A stretch of 57,357 bases of DNA, filler included, from Sluysia triapertura (taxonomy: Eukaryota): NCBI GenBank assembly GCA_046118255.1. It is 4 parts of 4 records of this genome, joined end to end, with 100 filler letters (N's around TTAATTAATTAA, not from the genome) between each part and the next. Parts side by side here need not be neighbours in the genome. Positions count along the whole stretch, not along the records: positions 46,484 to 57,357 come from JBJNIA010192296.1; 3 more parts are not named here. The stretch is one strand, 5' to 3'. Below the pieces are notes generated by a model, which was not told where the DNA came from, ran no database searches, and was given only the letters and a program-made list of their open reading frames with translations. The position numbers and the translations under genes are program-made. This document shows, piece by piece, positions 50,341 through 57,357 of this stretch. How positions within the stretch are numbered: the stretch's first letter is position 1; each line of letters starts with the position of its first letter.

Positions 50341-53300
50341 TTACTTTGATTAAGCTTAATCAAAAGAATTTTATTTTTATAAAAATGTATGATTAAAAAT
50401 TAATAATTTAATAATTTATTTTAAAAACTTTCAAAGTATTATTTTTCTTGTATAACTTTCTCTATATGTTTTATAATATTTGTATATATTACTGAATAAT
50501 TTTGTATATATCATTTCATAAACTTATAATATATAATTTCATTTTATTAATTTTTATATTTACCATTTTTATTGTTCTACGAAAATGTTTCGTTTTTTAA
50601 TATTATTTCTGAAATAGTATATTCAAATATAAACATATTAGATTGTCATTATGTGAACATTACAAAGTGTTATGTCTAAAGATAGTGTCATTTCAAGAGG
50701 TAATCATAAACTCTTTAAGGTAAACATTTATATATAGACAATGATCTTTAATGTAATATTGATTTTATTGGTATTGATCTTATTTGTGAATATTCTAGTA
50801 CGATTTGTGAATATTTACGTTTATTGAATAAAATGACAAAAAAAATTTACAAGAAATTTGTAGAATAACATTTATTTATGTAAAATTTAAAAATTTGCCC
50901 TTTTCTTACAGTTATACATGAATTGACGACCATGAGTAAAGTATGTTAACGATCTAAATAATCTGATGGATGTGACAAAACTACTAAAATATCCCTTACT
51001 TTACATTTTGTTTGATTTTAATTGAAGTTTTAACGTATAACCTACTATACCTTCATAATCGTTAACAGCCAAAGTGAGACTTGTTAGGGTATATAAATTA
51101 AACCTATTTAAAAAACTTAGTGGATGAAAGGGAAACTTGAAATCAGTAACTAATGATCTATTATTTCGTCTTAAGTTTTCAGGTAAGGCTTATATCTTCA
51201 TTTTTAAAACGGTGATAACAGTTTCCAGCTTCAATTTGGAATATTTTTTTCAGCTTTAGTTGAATTTGACATTTTTATTCAAATTTTTGGGGTAATATTT
51301 ATTTAAAAATCATAAAGTGAATAAAATTTACCCTACAAATTGACTTTAATTTTATAAATGTTGTAAGATAATATATTAAAACTTTTATCTCCAACAACAT
51401 TAACGTAACCTAAAAAATTTAATTTAAATAAGTAATTTTATAAATAATAATAATTTATGTTAATTATATGAAAATAATAATTAAACTTTCAATATTTAAT
51501 AATTAATTAATTCACATATTGCATGTCAAAAAATTTATTAAATTTCAAATTATTTATTTATAATTTCAGTTTTAAATTAAATTAAATTTGAATTATTTAG
51601 AAATAAAATATATATTGTTTTAGTTTAATTAGAAAAATTAATATAACTCTAAATTTATGAAAAGAAATTATAGGATAACTTTAAGGGAACTTAACATATT
51701 TTTTGAATATTTTTACTAATAACGTCGTTATGAATACTTTTATAAATAAAAATATTTGTTAAGTTTATTTACATTTATTACATTTGCATATCGAAATATT
51801 ATTAATCAATAAAGTTTAACATTTAAAATGTTATTTAAATAATTTTAATTGAACTGTACAAATGTTAGCAAATATGTGTTAATATTTTTAAATTCTTGAG
51901 TTGTTTAAAATTATTAATAATAATATTAATAATGTAGTAATACTCATTTTAACTTTAAAATAAATTTTCAAATGCCTATTCATTTTTAATTTTCATAAAG
52001 TCCAAATTATATTCAAAATAAAATTTGAAATCATTATCACTGAGATTTAATGCATTGTATTAATTTAAAATGAGATTAATATACATTTAATATGCAGTTA
52101 ATATACAGTTAATATACATCCAAATAACAATCAAATTTAAATTGAAAATTGTGTAAACAATCATTTTAAAATGAGATTCTATAAAAACAATATGAAATTA
52201 ATATTTATAAACATTAAACCTTACTATTATAGTTAATAAATTATCTTAAAAAAAATTAATAATAGTAAACTTTTATAACATAAAACCCGATTAAAATTAT
52301 TTTAAAAATACGATTTAGAATATTTAAATATATAAGATAAAATATATATTAAATTGAAATTATATAAAACTACCATGTAATCAAAAATTAATAAGATTAT
52401 TTACGACCGAATTTAATTTAAATTGTGATTTAGACAAAGGTTATATGTATTCAAAATTTAAGAGCATTATAATCGAAAAAAATCATTTTAAATTATGAAT
52501 AAATAGAAATTATATAAGTTTAAAATTTATCAGAATATTAAAATTGATGACTGGAAATAATCTACTATTACTATATACATATAATTTAGCTTTATGTCGA
52601 ATTGATATATAATATTTATTGTATATAAATTTAATGCTATGTCGAATTGGTATATGGTAATTATTGTATATACATAATTTTATAATAACTAATCATGTGA
52701 TTTATTTATAAGTAAATAATTTTATATATGAAAATGCACATAAATATTGAAGACGTTGAGACCGATTTATATTGCTCACTGATAATTTTGAAGACACTGA
52801 GATCTATTAACATTGTTAATAATTACTGGTAAGGTTTATTTCCAGTCTAAAAGTAAAATTAAATTTTTAAAATATAATAAATTTTCATTTTATTAAATAT
52901 ATATTAATTTTAATTATTCAACGTTAATTTAATAAATAATTATAGTTTTTCTTATTAGAAGAGAGGGTTGAAAATAGAAATATAGGTGAAATACTTTTAA
53001 TAGAATAAAACAAAGTAACTTAATACTTAATTGTATCAATTGGGTCTTGATCGAATAATGATAAAAAAATTAATTGAACTGATCTTTTAGTACTTTCATC
53101 CCAAATAACTAGGACGAGTAGTCAAATTAACACTTCCAGATAAAATAAATATAATGTTTAGAGTTTAAAAGTTTTCATCAATAATAATTTGGATTCTTGA
53201 ATTTTAATTTACATTTTTTAGATAAAATTTGAAGCTTAACTCATATAAAACAGAGTTATTACTTGTTACATTTAAAGTTCGTTTGAGCATATTCGAATAT

Positions 53301-54938
53301 TTACTACTTATATGTTTCATAAATATAATAAATAAAGAGCAGATACTGCTTGTACAATAAGTTAATAGAGGAAATTTACATTAATAGAAGAATGTATCTT
53401 CAGATAAATTTAAGTAGTGATATAAAGTGAAAAAAATATTTAAAAATTCTAGATTATTACCAGAGACTAAGAGTCCATCTAAGCACATTGAAACCTTTTT
53501 AACACCATAAAAAATAATTAATTTTTACAATAATAATAATAATAAATAAATAATTCAAATTTTATTGAATCAATAGTTTTAATTTAAATTAATGACAGTA
53601 AAAAAATATTGATTCATTGACTTTTGGTTGATTTACATAAATTTTTCTAACTTTCTCTTTCTTACGCATAAATTTTAAGTTTTATTTCAACAGACTATGT
53701 AAATATTTGCAATAATATAAATTATTAACAATAATTTTGAAAAAAAACTACTTTTGAATTTAGAAATTTTGATTTACTTTTATTTTATATATAAATTGAA
53801 AATATCATGTGCCTCATTTCATTTATAAAAGTGAAATTTTTAATATTGCATTTCACGCCAAAACAACAAAAGAAAAAATAATATACCAAATAATTATATT
53901 TGCTTTCATTAAAATTATAATTCTATTTATAATTCTATTTATAATTATATTTATAATTATTGAAACCTTAAATATATTAAACATTTACATGTCATCCTTA
54001 TTAAAGATTCATCAAGATTTATTTGCTTTATATTGATTTTATTATATTTATAACTAATGATTTTTTTAATTTATTTTCAGATTTATTAAGTTTTATCATT
54101 TGTATCTTTTAAACATTTTAAAATGTTTTATTGTGCTTGATATAATTTAATATATTGAACAATAAGAATAAATAGTTCAATCTTTAAAGTAATATTAAAT
54201 TTATTAAAAAAAAGTTTTCAATGCATTCATTTTATTATTATACACAGTTTACTTTACATTATATTTAATATGTTTAAGCTTTAGAGGTTTTCTAATTGAT
54301 TGTTGTAACCTATATATCTCGATTCAAACAAGTTATAAACTGAAATCATTATGTTAAAATGACATTAATTTGAATATCATCAAATCGTTGAATACCAAAT
54401 CAATTTATCAAATTTCAAATTCTATCTCTTTGTACAGTAGTTGAGCTTATGGCATTGTCATAATGTTACTTGGCCATATTATATTATTGTTAGTTGTTTC
54501 TCATTAGTTTTTTTAGACAAAATTGTTTTAGATTATTAACACCATATTATAATAAAATTATTTTTTATTTAATTTAATTAATTTATTTTATATAATATTA
54601 ATAAAATAATATATTATTTTATGTAATATTCTGTATAATATTCACAATGATATTGTAATTATAATAACTACAGTTATAATTACAATAATATGAATTTATT
54701 TTATATAAATTCTAAAGAATTTAAAAAATATTAAATAAATGTTTTATTAATATTGAAAACATTAACATCGATTGTAATGTTTTTAAAAATAAACGAACAA
54801 TTTCTAATAATCGTGTTAGTTATAAGAAAAGGAATTCATTTTTATTTTTAGATTTTTGCATAAAATTAACTTTGAATAAAAAAAAGCAGAAGAAACAAAT
54901 TTTGTTTCACATATTTTATTTTTCTTGGCACTAGTTTT

Positions 54939-54964
54939 ATATATACATATATATATATATATAT
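54939..54964. repeat. (AT)n microsatellite
   Basis: Directly visible. Confidence 0.85.
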
Positions 54965-55036
54965 TTATTTATTTAATTTCATATTTTTTTGTATAATTTA
55001 AGTGCAATTTGTACGATCTACTATTTCACTTAAATC

Positions 55037-55315
55037 AATGGTTTTTAATAGAATTTAATCATTATGTCGTATAATTTAATTCTTTTGTCAAGCAATTTAA
55101 TCCATGTCAAATAATTTAAGCATTATATTAAAACAATTAATAAACTTAGTGAATCTTTCTTGACTAAAAATATGCCGAATATAAAATTAGCAAATGAAAT
55201 TAGACTAGAAATTATAAGAAATTACAAATTATAGTTACAATATTCTAATTAATTTCTAAAAATATTAAGTTATATGACAAAATGCTTATGGATTAAGTTA
55301 TATGAATAAACCCTG
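55037..55315. mobile_element. ~280-bp MITE, deleted and inverted relative of 47205-48498
   Basis: 55105-55158 matches the reverse complement of ~48420-48470; 55225-55315 matches the reverse complement of 47205-47305; ends AAACCCTG-TA. Confidence 0.75.
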
Positions 55316-57357
55316 TAATATTTGTAATTTGGTTTATGTTATTTTCTTAAAAAAATCTTCCAAATATCAAAAGATTATATAAGAATAAATTAAAAATATG
55401 CATTTGAAATTCGCACAAATTTTCTCAAGGATTATTTCTTTATTTCTAGATCTTCAGAAGAAATTAATTTACCGCATTTACTCTAACCATCAAATTTTTC
55501 CAAACATTAAAAATGTAGAGAAACAAATATGATTTAAACTGACTATTATTTCGTCTTCAGCAGTCACGAATTCAATAGTTGTATTGAATTTTTAAGCGGA
55601 AAATTAAGGACTAAAAAAATCTCTGCGATTTTCAACAAACATTTTTTTTGAAAAAAAGCATGTATTCCATGTATTATTCAAGCAAAATAGATATTATTGT
55701 TACTAATTTCTTACTTCTTAATAGAAGTGCTTTTTCAAAACTTTTCACATTAAGAATGTAAACCTATTTGTTTAGTATCATCTGTAAATGACAGTGAATC
55801 AGTTACCAAATGATGATCGTTTTATTCTGCTATGTATTTCGTGGACACTCTAATGTTAGTTTCGATCGAATATATTCTGACAATTGAAATTCCAATAATT
55901 GTGCTTTTTACTCTCAATAAATATTTTTAACAAGTATGTCATTTTATACAATAATTGATAAATTTTTTGCATATATTTAGTTTTTATTTTAAATTTTACG
56001 AAAACATATTAGATAATACCGCACTATGTTCAAAACTTGAATGTTTTGTGTACGTACTTATTGCGTTATTTTAATAACACAAATATTTAAACAATTCTTT
56101 TGATTTTAGTATCAAAATTTATATTTTTTAAACTTCATTTTATAAGAATATTATTAGTAAACATTCGCGATAAAAATGTATATATTTATGACTCAGATTA
56201 TGAGTTTACATAAATTATGTTATTTGTTTTAATATTTGTTAAAAACTCATTTAATTATTTTATGCAATTGTAAAATTTATAAAAAGAATTATTTCTTTTG
56301 TAATGTTGCTTTAATAGAAATTATGTTCATTATTGATTTACTTTTAATCTAAATTAATATAAACTAAAATAAATGTCATAAATACAAAAATATTTTGAAA
56401 TATAAATAATGCATTTAAAGAAAATTAATCAAATCATTTAATTAAAGATTTCAAATATAACATAATTTTATTGTTAAGAAATGAATAAGTTAAGTGTCTA
56501 ACAGTTACTATAATATAATTGTAGCTGATATCGGAAAAGAAAAACACTGACTAGTGGGTTTGAATTCCTGTTACTAATGATAACTATCTTGGAATCAGGA
56601 AATAGAATTCAAATTAAAACATTCATGCACCTAATAGCGGTCAATTATTTGTTTTATTAAAATTCAGAAAACTAAATATATTACTTATATCAATAAATAT
56701 TTGAAATTTGTGATTTATAGAAATATATTTTTGGTTCTTATTTATGCATATTATCTCTAAATCGTTAGTATTGTGTTTTATCTGACATATCAACATAATA
56801 TTCGTCCAACGAAATGTTTATAACACCATTTTAAACGAGTGCCAACATCAAAATTGCACTTAATGAATTCTTTTCTTTAACTTATTAATAAATGGAATTT
56901 TTATTCAAATTTTTATAAGACTTTTCTTCTATATTACTGCGACAAATATAAGTAATAAAGATTGTAAAATGAATATTTAAGTAATAAATTATTATTACAA
57001 AGTTTTAAATCAACAGTTTGAATTTTTAATTTCTGAAAAGAAATATAACTTTGAAAAACAATCATAAAATTAAAATAAACTTTTCAAGAAATAAAATTAT
57101 AATTTTGTTTCATTTTATATTATATTGTTTTTTTTGTTATAATCTTTTCCATATAGAAATATATTTTGAGAACTCTCGAAAATCATTTTGCCAGCTAAAC
57201 TTGGTTTATGTTTGTAAGTTATGTAAACATAAATAATATATGTATAAATATAGTAGTAACAATGAATGTGCATACAGACATGTTTATGTATAGTGGATTT
57301 GACATTGGCTCATAACGTCCGAAAATAATTCGGCATATTCATTTTGTAATTCGTTTT

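Overview
Very AT-rich (roughly 20-25% GC by eye) eukaryotic, almost certainly animal, DNA. It consists of four contigs joined by artificial 100-nt spacers (N44-TTAATTAATTAA-N44), so adjacency across 14052-14151, 25839-25938 and 46384-46483 is not established. One clearly intact long ORF (17846-20386, minus) looks like a highly divergent AF4/FMR2 (AFF/lilliputian) protein, and a ~200-bp copy of its C-terminal-domain coding sequence lies ~4.5 kb away. The rest is mostly decayed transposon and gene sequence: L2-clade LINE pieces, Ty3/Gypsy RNase H-integrase relics, a DD34E Tc1/IS630 transposase relic, a CAGGG-ended TIR element with a MITE derivative, and many frameshifted ORFs of unknown family. 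The most unusual signal is a multi-copy TGT...ACA LTR-like family whose three most complete copies keep a ~50-57-nt hairpin at the same position with different but self-complementary arms. I found no rRNA, tRNA or CRISPR, and I cannot claim a proven new system. All alignments were done by eye.
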